Source: Podarcis gaigeae | Lineage: Eukaryota | NCBI GenBank assembly: GCA_964106915.2 | Contig: OZ066914.1 | Direction: 5' to 3' (one strand) | Length of the DNA stretch: 64,000 nt | Notes under the pieces: model-generated | What the model was told of the DNA's origin: nothing | Database searches by the model: none | What the model saw: only the letters and a program-made list of their open reading frames with translations | Shown here: one piece after another, positions 13,345 to 26,320 of the stretch | Layout: each line of letters begins with the position of its first letter | Numbering within the stretch: the stretch's first letter is position 1 | Program-made: the position numbers and the translations under genes

Positions 13345-14427
13345 CTGCACATATATACATGGAGCATGCTAAGTGCATGTCTGGACGCTTGCTAGACCTG
13401 CCTAACAAAAGCTAAGGCACAGTGTACATAGCTTCTGTTACACAGCACTGCATATGCAACCACAGAGTTCAATGGATATGACAACAGTTTTCATATAGTT
13501 AAATCACCCAAGATTGGCTGAGACAGAGTGGGCCAAGATGCACTTGTGGGCTGGAGGTTCCCCATCTGCTTTACAGAGTGAGACTATAAGACTGTGATAG
13601 TACAGTTTTGGACAGTACCACTCCAGATCACAGCTGCGAAGGGGTCACATTTTTGAATGCTCCATCTTGTAACAAGTTCATTGCATGTAGTAAGCAAGAA
13701 CATTAAGAAGAGAGTTTATAACTAAATGTTTCTGATAAGATAGTTTAGTACATATAAGGTTTTTTAAAAGCACTGGAGGGAACATTCAAAGATATGTGTT
13801 TCCCAGGCACAGCAGTATGAAGTAGTGCAATCCAGAATTCCACCACTTTGGTCTACTACTTTAAACTGCATAATGCGTAGAAAGAGCTCTTGAATTTGTG
13901 TGACAAGTTTAATCTCCATCGGCTTAGTTGAAATGAAACCGCTGCCATATGATTCTTGCCACTTTCATGCAATAAACATGGTTGTGTGATTGGGCCTGTG
14001 GAGATGAGAGTCGGAGAGTCAAGTACATGACTGAAATGTACCATAATGGAATGGAAGGGGGTTTAGCATTGCTTGGGCACAGAGGAGAAGGAGGGCAGCA
14101 GACGGGGGCAAGGGAGGCTGCTAATGCTATGGCCACAACATGAGAGGCCTTGGTTACATCCAGGATCAGAGAAGGTCAGTTGCTGCATCCAATGCTGAGA
14201 AATTCCTGGTCCAGAAATGGACTAGAGGGAGGCATCATTCTGTGCTGCTTTGCACGCTATCTAGGAGAAGGTCTCAGGTTCAGACCCTGACATATCCAGG
14301 TGCAGGGCAGGGAACAAGGTTTTCTCCTTTGAACCTGGAGCACCAACAGCTAGAAAATAGTGGACCAGAATGACCACTTCCTGCACCGGGCTGTCAGCTT
14401 CCTATGTCCCTATGAAAGATCTCTTAC

Positions 14428-15187
14428 CTTGCTTTCTCATCCAAAAAGGTGTAGGGTTTTTGAGGGACCCCTTGCCGCAATGACGACTCATCCTTGGAAG
14501 TTGAAGTGAGCCTGCTTTGAGCCCCACTCCCAGGGGTAGTGCTGCGGCTCAGAAAGCGAGTGTGAGAAGGCCCCTCTTCTGGGCTGGGGGTAACTGGCTG
14601 GCTGCGTGCACCTTCCGTTGTGCTGGGCTCCCTTGGTGGGATGGAGATAAAAGAGGTGGCCATATAGGGAACAGCTTTCGGGGAGACGGTCACTGGCGAG
14701 TCTGCCGCGGGAGTTGGTAAGGCAGGAGAGATGGGCGAAAACTTGGAGACGGAAGAGCCAGGGGAGGATGCCGCAGCAGGCGAGACCCTGGTGGGCACTG
14801 AGGCACTGTGGGTGCTGAGAGAAGATGCTGTTCTGGAAGGCTTCGAGTCTGGCTCTGGAGAGGTGGATGGCGCAACAGCTGGAGGTTCGGAAGACGAGGC
14901 CTCCTTGGAGGATGGAACCAGGGCCGCAATTGGGAGCTTGGCCTTCACCGTGGCCAGAGGCTTTTCCTCAGGTTGAGTCACTTTGGGGGCAGCAGGAGCC
15001 TTTCCCCCTTGTGCCGGCACTGCCCCCTTGTGCTTCCTGGGAGGGGAGGACGGCAGGGGACCTGTATTTTTGCGCACAGGTTGGGGAGACTGGTCAGTGA
15101 GGGTCTGGGTGGATCTGGTGAAAGCGGCTTTCTCCGCGGCAGTTGTACTCTTTTTGGCAGTGAGAGCTGAGAAGGCAGTCTTGGGTT
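14428..15187 (-). CDS. SPEG: SPEG P/S/A-rich exon ending LRQGVPQKPYTFLDEKA (kinase 2 start)
   Basis: Acceptor cctcttctcctctcccag|AA in the correct phase; 760 nt. Confidence 0.9.
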
Positions 15188-15699
15188 CTGGGAGAGGAGA
15201 AGAGGCTGATTTAGGCTCAAAAGTGGAGGGCCTGCCTCTTTTCAGAAGGCAAGGGAAAATCCATATAGGGAACCCCTCTCAGCCACCACCAAATCTATAG
15301 AGGGAACCCCTCTCAGCTATCAAACAGTGGGAATGCCAACTATAGCAGAGCCAGCTCAATAAAAGAAATATCCTCCCTACTGAGGGCAGCTGCACCTTGA
15401 CACCATGAGGTGGGCTTGCAGCCAGAATTTAGGACATGGCTTGTGGAGTACTTGCAAGCACAATGGCTGCATACACACCATTCAGTTTTTGAAGCACACC
15501 ATATATCTGAAACAAATCCCCCCCCCCTCAATAATCTTGGGAACTGTAATTTGTTAAAGGACCTGGAGGGGTAAACAACAGCTCCTAGGTTTCCTGGTAG
15601 TGGTGGGAATGTATTTTCAATGTATAGTGTGTACACAGCCACGGCAACCTATTGGTTGGTTCAGACTGTCAGGACTAAGAGCACCTCCCTTGTCCTCAC

Positions 15700-15864
15700 C
15701 TGCACCCTCAATGAAGACCTTCCCTGAGGGGTTGCTGTAGGGGCCTTGTCCGGCCTTGTTGGCACAGGCAACACGAAACTTGACCATGCTCGCAACGGGG
15801 AGATCTGTCACGTTGAAGTAGCAGTCAGCGATGCCTGAACTGACCAACTTCCACTCATGCTCTC
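15700..15864 (-). CDS. SPEG: SPEG exon GEHEWKLVSSGIADCY...FIEGA (Fn3)
   Basis: 165 nt; AG/GT. Confidence 0.95.
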
Positions 15865-16795
15865 CTGGGGCGGGGGAAGAAATACATGAATTAAAGCTAT
15901 ATGCAGTAAATATAACACATTAAAGACCAAACAAAACCAATGCTAAAAACCAGAAACTAAAAAATAAAACCACAGAATGCGGGGAAAAAATCAAAATGAA
16001 AACGCAGTGCAAGAAAAAAAGATTTGGCATCAGACTGAAATGCAGGTAAAGAGAGGGTTGATTAGATCTTAAAGGGAAGGGAGCTCCACAAAGCATGGGG
16101 AAGAATGCAAATGAGACAGGACTGTAAATAGCTTGGTCCCAAACTGTTTTGGGGCTTTGTAGTCATGACCAGGATTTTGAATTGGGAACAGTTAGCCAAT
16201 GTACAATATTGGAGTCATATGCTCTGATAAGCACCATCCTAGCTACTGAATTCTGCACCAGCTGAAATTTCTGAACCTTTTCTGGAATCAGCTTCATGTA
16301 GGGTGTGCACCATATCTGCTAATCTGGATCATGTTACCAAAACGTGTGACAGTGGCTGGATATTGCCTCGGGGAGGGGGGGGCTCACTGGAAGAGGTTGT
16401 GCCTTGCATGAAGATTGAATCTAGTCTTGAAAACACCCATCTCTACAGAAAGGTGATGAACTCCGCATCTTGTCCTCATATTTGGGCTGAATCTGTAACT
16501 GAACTGCATATAATGCAAGAGGATGGGGAAGGGAGACTTTTTGGTATTGATGTACCACCAGCTGTTTGGGACTGGGCAGGCAACTAAAGGAGTAGTAATG
16601 AGAAGATGACTGCGAGTTGCACTGTAGCCTTATTAGAAGAATAAAAAATTCTGCACATGCGAACATGGAGGTGGTGGATATGGAGCCCCAGAAGGTCCAC
16701 AAAGAACCAGGGGAATGCATGTGACAACTAGAGTCTCTGCAAAGGAAAGGGCAGAAAGCAGCTGGCAATATTTTCCACATCCCACCAGTTCATAC

Positions 16796-16918
16796 CATCC
16801 ATCTTTCGTTCCAGCGTGTACGTGCAGGGTGCCTGAGTATCTGCTGGCCTCCATAGCACCAGGACTGTGTTCCTGTACTTCTGGGGGATTTCTGGGGTGC
16901 CTGGTCTCCCAGGAATCT
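16796..16918 (-). CDS. SPEG: SPEG exon KIPGRPGTPE...TLERKMD (Fn3)
   Basis: 123 nt; AG/GT. Confidence 0.95.
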
Positions 16919-17438
16919 CTGTTAGGAACAGGTTTGAGAAAAGAGAAATGAATGGAAAAGCATGAGATAGTAACCTATGAGATATGGAATGGAAGGATCT
17001 GTCGATTTCATTTCTCACAGTTTCTATTTTTTCCCCAGTCTTAAATTCAATTCTCCACATTTTGCAGGAATTTGTGTATTTTTTTAAAAAAACCTCATGT
17101 ACCATCATTTTAGTACAAATCTCTCCTGATAAATTTCTGCATGCATTTATTTTAACTAAGGTACACATATTTACACAAATATCTTCATTTTTATGCATAT
17201 ATTCCTATAATACATGCATTTTTGTAAACATTATTTGCTTGGAGAACTGCATTTCAGAATTCAGATGAGTGTGGGAATGTAAAGGGAGAGCTGTTTCAGA
17301 ATAGGTGAATTTGATAGATTTGGTTGTCAATGCACACTGAATCATATTTCTCTTCCATTGCTACATGAGATATATTGCCACAACAGGCTCATAGATGTTT
17401 GGTTGGGGAACCTCAGGACACTCTTCTTCTATCCTTAC

Positions 17439-17606
17439 TTGCTACAGCCAGGGTGCAGGAACTGGTGGCAGTGCCCAGCGCATTGGTAGCATTGCATTCA
17501 TACAAGCCTGCATCCTTCTTGGAGACTTTGGAGATGGTGAGCAGCTGGCGGCCATCTTTACATGCCACAATGTTGAGAACACCCTCTGATACCAGGGTGT
17601 TCTTAT
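17439..17606 (-). CDS. SPEG: SPEG exon DKNTLV...DAGLYEC...CTLAVA (Ig)
   Basis: 168 nt; AG/GT. Confidence 0.96.
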
Positions 17607-18150
17607 CTGCAGAGGACAAGAAAACCGATCCATACAACCACTCTAGGTATATCAATATCGCACACTGCCTTACATCCTCCTCCTGTAGCTTGTGCTGTAA
17701 TGCATCTTTGCCACAGAGTTCATACTCAGTCATGTGAGCTTCATCAAAAGTCGGAGCACCTCTTTTCCTGGCTGAACCCGAGGGGTCCCTATCCCAACAG
17801 AGTTCGGCACTTCTGAGTTCCAAGAGAATGTAACCATTTGGATGGCAACCAGTGCAAGGATACGCAATTTGCATCATGGTGATGCAGGGGTATACAGCTA
17901 GGTCTGTCTGCACGAACGCCCAAATGGCAGCTCAGTTCTGGGCTTGACCTCTCCTAGCTCTGTGGCTGAATCTGCCTTGGGTGGCATTGCATCATGGCTG
18001 TCTGGTAAGATAACTGTTAGGAATCACACACTGGGAAACAACTCGGCAGGTATCAGGCTCCACCTTTCTGATCTTGAGAGTCAAGAAGCTATATTGCTTC
18101 TTCCAGCCCCAACATGCAGACACACACGCTCCTTGTGACACAATGCTTAC

Positions 18151-18267
18151 CTTTCATCCAAAGTATGCGAGGGGCAGGGCTGGCTGCAGGAAGGCAGCAG
18201 AGCTGCACTGCCTCTCCCTCCAGCAGTACCTGGTCCTTCAATTTTATGTGGAAAACTGGAGGGAAGT
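18151..18267 (-). CDS. SPEG: SPEG exon DFPPVFHIKLKDQVLLEGE...ILWMK (Ig)
   Basis: 117 nt; AG/GT. Confidence 0.96.
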
Positions 18268-18963
18268 CTGCGTTGGACAAAGAATAAAAGGGGTAAATCC
18301 GAGGCTGCTTACAAGTACCGCATAGATGGTGCTAAAAGGCTTGGCAAGAATTCCACCCCCAGCATAGAAATGATCCCCTGTAACAGGGTTGGGGAAACCC
18401 CAGGTCTGGGGGCCAATTGCAGCTCCACAGGACTCTCTGCCTGGCCCTCAGAATTCTACAATGCCTCTCTCCATAGGCCCCACCCCCTTTTCCCACGCTC
18501 CACCCCTCACTGGTCCTGCTCCATGGTTTCCTTGAGTGTTTTTGCCTAGCTGGAATGTGTCCCTGAATGGTAATAATGCCTCTTGCTTGCCTGGTCATTT
18601 AGAGGTGTGAGGAGTAACCTCTGACTTTTGCATGACTGGAATTTGGCCTGCTCTAAGGAGTCCCACCTCTTCCACTCCGTTTTGCGCCTGGCTGTGCCCA
18701 CCACTGACAAGCGGCCCACGTGGGAATGTGGCCCTCCGACTGAAAAAGGTTTCCCACCCCTGCCCTATAGTGGAGTGGAGTGGAGAAGATACAAGTTCAG
18801 TCCTTTGCCATCACGTTTCCCTAGAACGGCCTGCTCTAATTGCCCCAGCGGCTGGAACTTTCTAGCACAGCTGAATAGGTGAGAGCAACTCTGGCTTCCA
18901 CTGGCCAGCCACACCAGGCTGAATTTATCTCAATGGCAGCCCCACACTTCTTTATGGGCATAC

Positions 18964-19119
18964 CTGACTCGCTGAGCACATAGGGTTGGCTCATAATGAC
19001 AACACCGTCCCCTCTCAGGCTGGCAGGAATGTTGGGCTGTGAAGCAACCTTGTCTTTCTTGGATCTGGACAAGCTCCAGCGTTCCCAGCGAGAACCGCGC
19101 CGCTGGCTTTCACCAGGAC
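18964..19119 (-). CDS. SPEG: SPEG exon GPGESQRR...YVLSES
   Basis: 156 nt; AG/GT. Confidence 0.92.
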
Positions 19120-19926
19120 CTGTGAAAATGACAGATATGGGTGGGCTCTTTCTTGCGCAAGCCAAGAGAATCCTGGGAAATGGTTGGGGGGCCTGATTGA
19201 CGCAGTGCTTGCTTTAAAGACTGTCTCAAGGCAAATCTTTAAAAATGTAGTATAAACACTGACAACTGGGAAACACTGGCTTGCAAGCGCTCCAGTTGGA
19301 GAACAGCCTTTACCAAAGGTGTCACGGGCTTTGTAGACACTCAAACTCAGGACGTAAGGGAGAAACATGCTAGGAGGAAGGCACGCTTGGCAAATCCACA
19401 CCGTGATCAACTCCCACCCGGAAACCAATGTCCTCACTGTGGAAGGATGTGTGGGTCCAGAATTGGCCTCCACAGTCACTTACAGACTCATTGTTAAAAC
19501 TGTTTATGGAAGACAATCTTACTCGGCTATGAGGGATCGTCAAAGAAGAAGAAGCTTCTACTGGATGTGTGGTGTGCTCAGAGCAGGATTAGTCACTCTC
19601 AGATCACACATACTCTTCCACCTCAGCTGTGTTAGCATCCTCTAAAATATCCAACTTATTGTTCTCTCTTTTCTCTCTCTTCCTTGATCCCTAGTTCCTC
19701 CAGCATTTTCCTGGAACTTGTACCACAACCAAAAAAGTGGCCAACAAGTTGGTGGAACTACAATTTGTAAGCCTCACTCCCTCCCCCACATTAAAAGTCA
19801 TACAGCACTTATAAAGGATGCCTTTAAACATGCACAGAGGAGCCATGCTCCCTCAATGGAGAAACATCAACCATAACACACACACCCGCTTTCCCAGGTG
19901 GGAAATGGTTGTAGACCATTGCTCAC

Positions 19927-22150
19927 CGCTGCCTGTGGATGTGTCAGACTGGAAGGACTCTGTGGAAGGGACACTTGCAGACTGGGCTGCCAGCTGGTTC
20001 TGCGGGATACCCACTTGACGCAGGTTTTCCCCCTCTGAAGTTGCACGGCGCAGGTGAGAGAGGAAAGGAGCTTTCTTCTCAGGCTGCCTGATACGGTCGC
20101 CACCAGCAGCAGCTGCCTGGTCTTCTTCGCCACGTTGTGAGTGGCTGCGCAGATGCGTGGAGAGGCGCCCCATGGTGGTCCCGATCTTCCTGCGCACAGC
20201 CATGACGGGTGACTCACTGGAGCCAGGCTCCGACTGCTGGCTGTCCGAGTCCTTTTTGTCCTTGGAAGCCAGGCCCCCAGACAGCCTCGCCCCCCCTCCT
20301 TCCTCCTCCTTGGCCTTCCTCCTCTCGACGGGAGGCGTGCGTCGGAGTCGCATCGACATCCTGCGGATGAAGCCGCCCTCCTTCTCCACTTCATGCAGGT
20401 CCTGCACAGAACGAGAGCGCTCGCCCAGGTGTCGAGAGACCCCAGACTTGGACAGCTCCAGTGGGGCACCCACAGGCCCTGGCCGGTAGATGCCCTCTTC
20501 CCGCGGCCTGGCCAGCTGCCGCTCCTCAGACCTGGAGAGCAGCTTGCGGCCCCTGCTGAGGGAGCCTTCCCTGCCTCGCTTGAATTTGGCCTCAAAGACC
20601 TCTTCCGAGTCAATGTCCAGGATGTGCTCAGCACTGGAGGAGCGAACTTGGGGGGAGGGTTCCTTGCTGGGGGTCTGCGCAGCCTTCTTGGCAAAGGCAG
20701 CAGTGGGGTGGGACTGTGTTGCAGCTGGAAAGGTTTGAGGTATACCTTCTGAGGCAGCCGCAGAAGGTTCTGCGGCCTCCCTGTGAGGGACCTGGGATGA
20801 CTCGCCAGCCAGGGTCTGCATGACATCAGCGTAGGCCGAACGCTTGGGGGCCGAGCTGCCTGGGGTGGGTGAGATGGGTGTGCAAGTTGTCGACTCCCTT
20901 GGAGAGCCTATGGCTTTCACAGCTTCTGGAGCGTCAGGTTTGGACAATCTCGCCAACGCCTTTTCCTCAGGTCCCCTGGTGGTTGGTCTCCTCAAGCTAG
21001 CCCTGCCGATGGGCTTTGTTCCCGCCTCTGCCTCAGGGGTAGGCGGCTTGGAGGGAACCTCGTGTGGCGTGTGGGGCCTGGATTCATTCAGAGCGGAGAG
21101 GGACGGTGTCTCTTTCAGCCTCTGGACTTCGGCCTGGGCTAAGGGGATTTCCAGCGGTGCTCCGGAGCGGCGGTGCAGGGTGACAGGTTCCCCGTCGCCT
21201 TGGCTGAAGGAGCTGCTCTTTTGGAGGAGGCGCCCCTCAGGGGGCATGTGCTGCGGAGCCGTCTCAATGGAGGCTGCGCGCACCATCTTGTGCCCGGGGG
21301 ACAGCTGCTTCTCCAGCCTGGGAGGCCTCAAGCCCTTTTTCTCAAGGCCAAGGGTCTCCAGCAGTGGCCCCCGCAAGCCGCTCAGCTTGCCGTCCACGGG
21401 GCTGCCGTGCATCAGGCGCTGCCGCATGACCTCTAGACGCTGGGTGTATTCTTCCTCTGGCAGCCCGCCCTTCCTGCGGTACAACGTGCCAGGGCTGGGG
21501 CTCCGACGGGGCAGCTCCATGGAGGCTGCTTTGGTCAGGCGTTTGCGGGAATGGGGCTCCGCTTCATCCGAGGGAAGACTAAGCAACAAGGCGCTGTCGG
21601 CAGAGCTGCCGCGGCGCAGCTCCCCCTTACGCGAAGCTTTGTCAGATGCTTCTGGGGAATCCAGGCTGGAGCCTTTCTTCAGGGCCTTCCTGGGGTACTC
21701 TGGCCTTTTCTGGGCCTCGTGAGTCTCCTCGTCGGAAGAGCCAGGCTCCTCAGCCTCTGTGGAACGCTTCCGTGGCAACGTGCCCTTCTGCCTCCTGAAA
21801 GAGAGCTCTGCTTCTTCCTTTCTCTTGGGATCCACCACAGCTCCCTGCCCCTCATCATCCTGCCACTCCATCAATGTGCCCTCTTCATCTGCTGGAGCCC
21901 CCTCAGGGCCGGGAGGCTCATCATCTGTTGGGATCTCAGTGAGGGACATGCGGGAGCCGGAAAATTCGGGCTGATGGGGCATGGGAATGTAGGGCAACTC
22001 CTCTGGGTCATCAGAATCCGAAGAGGAGGACAACACCGAGGTCTCCTTGAGGAGTCGAGGCACAGCAATAGACAAGTGGCTGGATGTGTCCTCTAGGAGT
22101 TCAGGAATCGGCCGTGGCACCATGTTGCACTTGTAGCTGATCTGGGAGCG
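19927..22150 (-). CDS. SPEG: SPEG 2224-nt inter-kinase exon (S/P/R/E-rich)
   Basis: ORF 19853..22231; cccag|CGC acceptor, G|GTGAG donor; motifs KAASMELPRR, RRATSEGE, GIPQNQLAAQ. Confidence 0.95.
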
Positions 22151-22596
22151 CTGGGGAAACAAAGCACATGCTGAGGGAAGAATGGGATGGAGCTCAAACA
22201 AAGACCCAGAGTGCCTCTGTTTCACCCACACCTCATTTCACAGGCTTGGCTGCCCACCCTCTTGATGAGGTCAGACTGTAGCTCCCATCATCCCTGACCA
22301 TTGGACATGTTGGTTGACCAACAACATCTGAAGAGCACCATGGAAAACTGTCAGGGGCCACATCTAGCAACTGGCAGGGTCATATGCCCACACAGTCGCA
22401 CACAGACACTAACAATTACACAAACACCACTTGTGCCTCACGGCAGCATTTTCTGCACAATGGTGTCCACCTTCCCATCCACCCCCTCCTTAATTTTGCT
22501 GCTGGAGGGAATTCACAACCGCAAATCAACCAATCAATAAATTGCCAGCACGCTGACAGCTGCCAAGGTGTTTCCTGTCTCCGATACTAAGTTTAC

Positions 22597-22665
22597 CTGC
22601 CATTTCCGGCGAGATATGAAGAGCTTGAGATGATCTGTACTGATGCTCTTGCCCTTGGCTAATGT
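22597..22665 (-). CDS. SPEG: SPEG exon [23 protein letters not shown] (kinase 1 regulatory tail)
   Basis: 69 nt; RRKWQ resembles the MLCK CaM-binding motif. Confidence 0.95.
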
Positions 22666-22959
22666 CTGAAAGGAAGGGTGGAAGCAGGCAGGGTCAGAAG
22701 AACAAGCAGAGCTCTGTAGCTGGGTCAAAACAAAGGCCTATCCAATCCAGCTTGTTTCCCACAGTGGCCAAACAGATGCCTCTGGCTCAGGCAACTAGAA
22801 AGAGTTGCTTTTGCTCCCTGCATGTGTGGCAGAAGCCTTTGCTTGAAGGAACCTCTCCCACTTTGAGCTACCAAGATTTTCTCCTGCCTAGAGAAAGGCA
22901 TCACCACCCAACATGGGCCCCACTTCTCTTTCTAAAGAGGCATCAGCAAATGGACTTAC

Positions 22960-23002
22960 CTTGAACCAGGGGTGTTCCAGGGTCTGATCTGCATTGGGTC
23001 TC
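22960..23002 (-). CDS. SPEG: SPEG kinase 1 exon RPNADQTLEHPWFK
   Basis: 43 nt; subdomain XI HPW. Confidence 0.94.
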
Positions 23003-24328
23003 CTGGGAAGGAAAACAAGAAGGAGTCAATATGTAGATACAGCATTCGCTAGCGTAGAGGAAAGCTGCAGCTAAAGCCCACACTTCCACACACTGCTCCT
23101 CAGCATGTCCTTTTCCTTTCCTTCTGCTTCCTCCAGTCCACCTCCAATCACTCTCCTCTCTCCCACCAAAAGCAGAATGGCTTCCTCCTATTACTTGCCT
23201 TCCAATGCTCCTTCTTTCCAGGCTTGAATCAAAGGACTGTGAGAGCATTTCCTTGCTTTCTAGAACGGCTAACAAACCTCACAGCTTAAAAAGAGTGAGA
23301 TCACTCTTGCACAATCACCTTGCTTTTTTTCCCAAGAGGTAGGGTTAAAATACATTACATCAATAAATAATACACTATTCTTGCTTGCTACTATAGTAGA
23401 CATGGAAGTCAGGGTGAGAGGATCACATGGGTAATCAAACATTGTGTCCCCAAGCATTGTGTGTCTTTGGGCTCCTTCAGACAACCTGTTTACTGAGTTG
23501 TCATCCTGATTTGCTTACACAAAGCTTACACAGACAGAGGTTATGCCATGTCTGGTCTTCATTGAGCATTCGTTCCAATTTGTGGGGAGGTTATACAACA
23601 ATGATCGTTCACCGTCATTTGCTAGTTTGGGGTTCTTATATCTCCTTAACCATTCATTCATCCCACACTTTCCAGTGCATTTCTCTGTAATTTTCCTAAG
23701 TGCAAAACGTGTGTTAAAGTGGATGTAGTGTGTGTTGGCCCCTTTGGGCAGTTGTTTTATTGTGTGTGTGTTCTGCAATATGTTCTTGGCACAATAGCAC
23801 TCTGCTAGAGATTTATTTTGGTTTCCTTTGACTTCTGTAATGCTTCCTCAATGCTATCACATTATTGCCACCTTTAGAGGCTATACGGCTACAAAAGCTG
23901 AACAAAAGTATACCAGAATCCTTGTGGTATAAAAAGTCGCAGGATTTCAGCAGGAAGCCACAGGATCATGTGTGGCCATCCTGAGAGCATCCTGAGCACA
24001 AATCATCATCAATACACAATAAAAAGGATGTCTGGAGGGGCCCTAGAGCATATTTTCTCGCTGCAAAGCCCTGGCAGCCTGCTGGTGACTTACCCAGGTA
24101 GGGGAGGCCTGGAACTCTCTTTGGCCCCAACTCTAAGGTGGCTTTTCTTTCTGTGCCTCTGGACACATAGCTTTCCCTTTCTCAGAGAAGGAATAATTAT
24201 AGTTGTTTTTTCCCTCTCTCTGCCATGGGGGTGGGGAGTTTGTGTGTGGGGAGTCCTCTTTGCACCCCACACAGGTAAATGCCTCTATCTAATCCTCAGG
24301 GAGACCCTTAATATACCCTATTACTTAC

Positions 24329-24481
24329 AGGCGATCATTGACCAGTACTTTGATAACAAAGCCTTTAGCCTCTCTCGTCAGTCCTGTGAACATACTCTCC
24401 TCAAAAGCCACGTTGTAGTTGCGGATGTTCATGAGTGTGGTCTTGTCGTTCTCACCCACAAACGGGGAGATCCCTGTGAGA
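24329..24481 (-). CDS. SPEG: SPEG kinase 1 exon [22 protein letters not shown]...VNDR
   Basis: 153 nt; AG/GT. Confidence 0.96.
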
Positions 24482-24835
24482 CTGAGAAAGGGAATAGTCA
24501 GAAAATCATTGGCTTGCAGGCTTGAGACAAGCTTTCTGGGTTTCCCATGCCCTTGCATGCAAGGATGAAGTGATGGGGTGAGGAAATTTACCAGGGTAGC
24601 TTTTCAAGGTTCCCCAAGCCATAATTCACACCCTGGAGACAGTAGAGCATGGCTCTCTGGAGAGCTGAATGGGAACGCTATGTCAAAGCATAGTGGTGGA
24701 ATTATCTGCTTCCAGGACAAGGAAGAGCCCTGGTATTTCTCATTGTGCCTTCTCTTTACCATAATAGGGTAGAGCTGCAAGGGAGATGAGAGGAACCTGA
24801 ACAGTCCTAGCATAGTCCTCCAACCTGAGACTTAC

Positions 24836-24862
24836 CATAGATATGTGATTACTCCCACAGGC
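24836..24862 (-). CDS. SPEG: SPEG kinase 1 27-nt microexon (W)PVGVITYL(C)
   Basis: tttacag|GCCTGTGGGAGTAATCACATATCTATG|gtaag; completes subdomain IX. Confidence 0.93.
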
Positions 24863-25451
24863 CTGTAAAAAAAGAACAGACAAAATTTCAGTTCTTGGAC
24901 AGGACATCTCTAGGAGGAGTTAAGTTATATGATCCAGGTGGTACCTATACTTAGTGATCTTAAGGACAGATAGATTAAATGGGATGATGGTATCAGGGGT
25001 TGAGCTCTTTGAGGTTCTTTCCAACTCAATGATTCTGTGATTGTAAGGTTAGGGTCTGGACAATAGAAGGGCTGTTGCAGTTGTCAGATAAGGTGTGGTG
25101 GCTTTGTTCTGCAAAATAGATGGTCAAGTAGAAGTGATCTGTTTCTACAAGAGCTAAAGGCTAGAGACCCCTCTGCCAGAAGAGAGCCTTTGGGGAAGGG
25201 GGCTTACCTTCCCTCTCCCAGTTGTGGAATGTGCTAACTCATATGCCTCTGTTTTTGCTCTCTGCAAGAATACTATGTTGCTGGTGGCCCCCCTAATCTG
25301 ATGAGGGAGAAGCATCTGCTGGAGTATGTTTAATGCTGTGAAACTCCACCTATGTTCAACATGTACTGTATGCATGTGAAAATAAACCATATGTTACAAA
25401 ACAAAAAAAAGCAAGCCTTCAGAAATCAAGTTTATGACACACCCCTGGAGT

Positions 25452-25519
25452 TCATAGAATCATAGAATCATAGAGTTGGAAGAGACCACAAGGGCCATCG
25501 AGTCCAACCCCCTGCCAAG
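25452..25519 (-). mobile_element. CR1 LINE 3'-end fragment
   Basis: (catagaat)n tail plus gagttggaag...gagtccaacccc. Confidence 0.8.
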
Positions 25520-26147
25520 TTCTTACTGCTTCGAGCCTTGGGGTGCATGTAACAATAGATAGATTAGATTAGCCCCTGGCTAGCAAATGGTATGGCTCCA
25601 TGATCAGGGAGTCCAGAGCACCAGGCCATTCTAGGGTCTGCTGTGTTTGGATTTGTAAAGGGTCTTCAAGAGGTCGGGATCCAACTTAAGGTTAAAACAA
25701 ATGCACTACAGTAGAATGGGCAATAATGAGCCAGTGCATCATGCTCACACTCCCCAAGTAAGACTTCTACAAAAAAGTGTTTTGCACTGTCCTTAAGGGG
25801 AAACAGCATGGGCTGATCTGCAAGAGTCAAGGCAAAACAAGCTGCACAGTCCATGACAGGGAGCAACCTTGATGCCTCTCTTGTGCTGGCTCTGCCCCAT
25901 GCAAACCAGCAATTGCAAGCCCAGATCCAATTGAGTTTGTTCTTCCAATAGGCATCCCACAGTCCCAGAAAAATCTTCTGGACTACAGGCTAAGCAAGGG
26001 CCTATCCCAGTAATTCCTCCTCTCTGAAATTGCCCAATACTCAAGCTCAGGAATTCCCTTTTAGCTTTTAATTTCTCCTTTCTGGTGCTCATTTCAGGGA
26101 TGTGTGTGCACAGACATACATCATATTGTGCAGGTGCATCTGTTTAC

Positions 26148-26320
26148 CAAACATCAGTGACACCGGAGACTGGACTCTGGCTGACAATCTCGGGGCCCAC
26201 AAATTCGGGGGTGCCATACTTGCAGTACTGCAGCTCATCCGGAATCAGCTCTTGGGCATTGCCAAAGTCACAGATCCGCACCTGATCGCTGCCGGGTTCA
26301 GCCAGCAGCAAGTTTTCAGG
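26148..26320 (-). CDS. SPEG: SPEG kinase 1 exon PENLLL...DFG...GTPEFVGPE...TDVW
   Basis: 173 nt; DFG motif. Confidence 0.96.

Noticed and set aside
15231-15239. Upstream AG acceptors for the P/S-rich exon
   Set aside because: They are out of phase or use a rare GAG; the acceptor at 15188 has a clear poly-Y tract and the right phase.
20844-21722. 292-aa plus-strand ORF, and the 319-aa alternative-frame ORF 19867..20826
   Set aside because: Shadow ORFs of the GC-rich 2.2-kb SPEG exon; no recognisable domain or independent gene signals.
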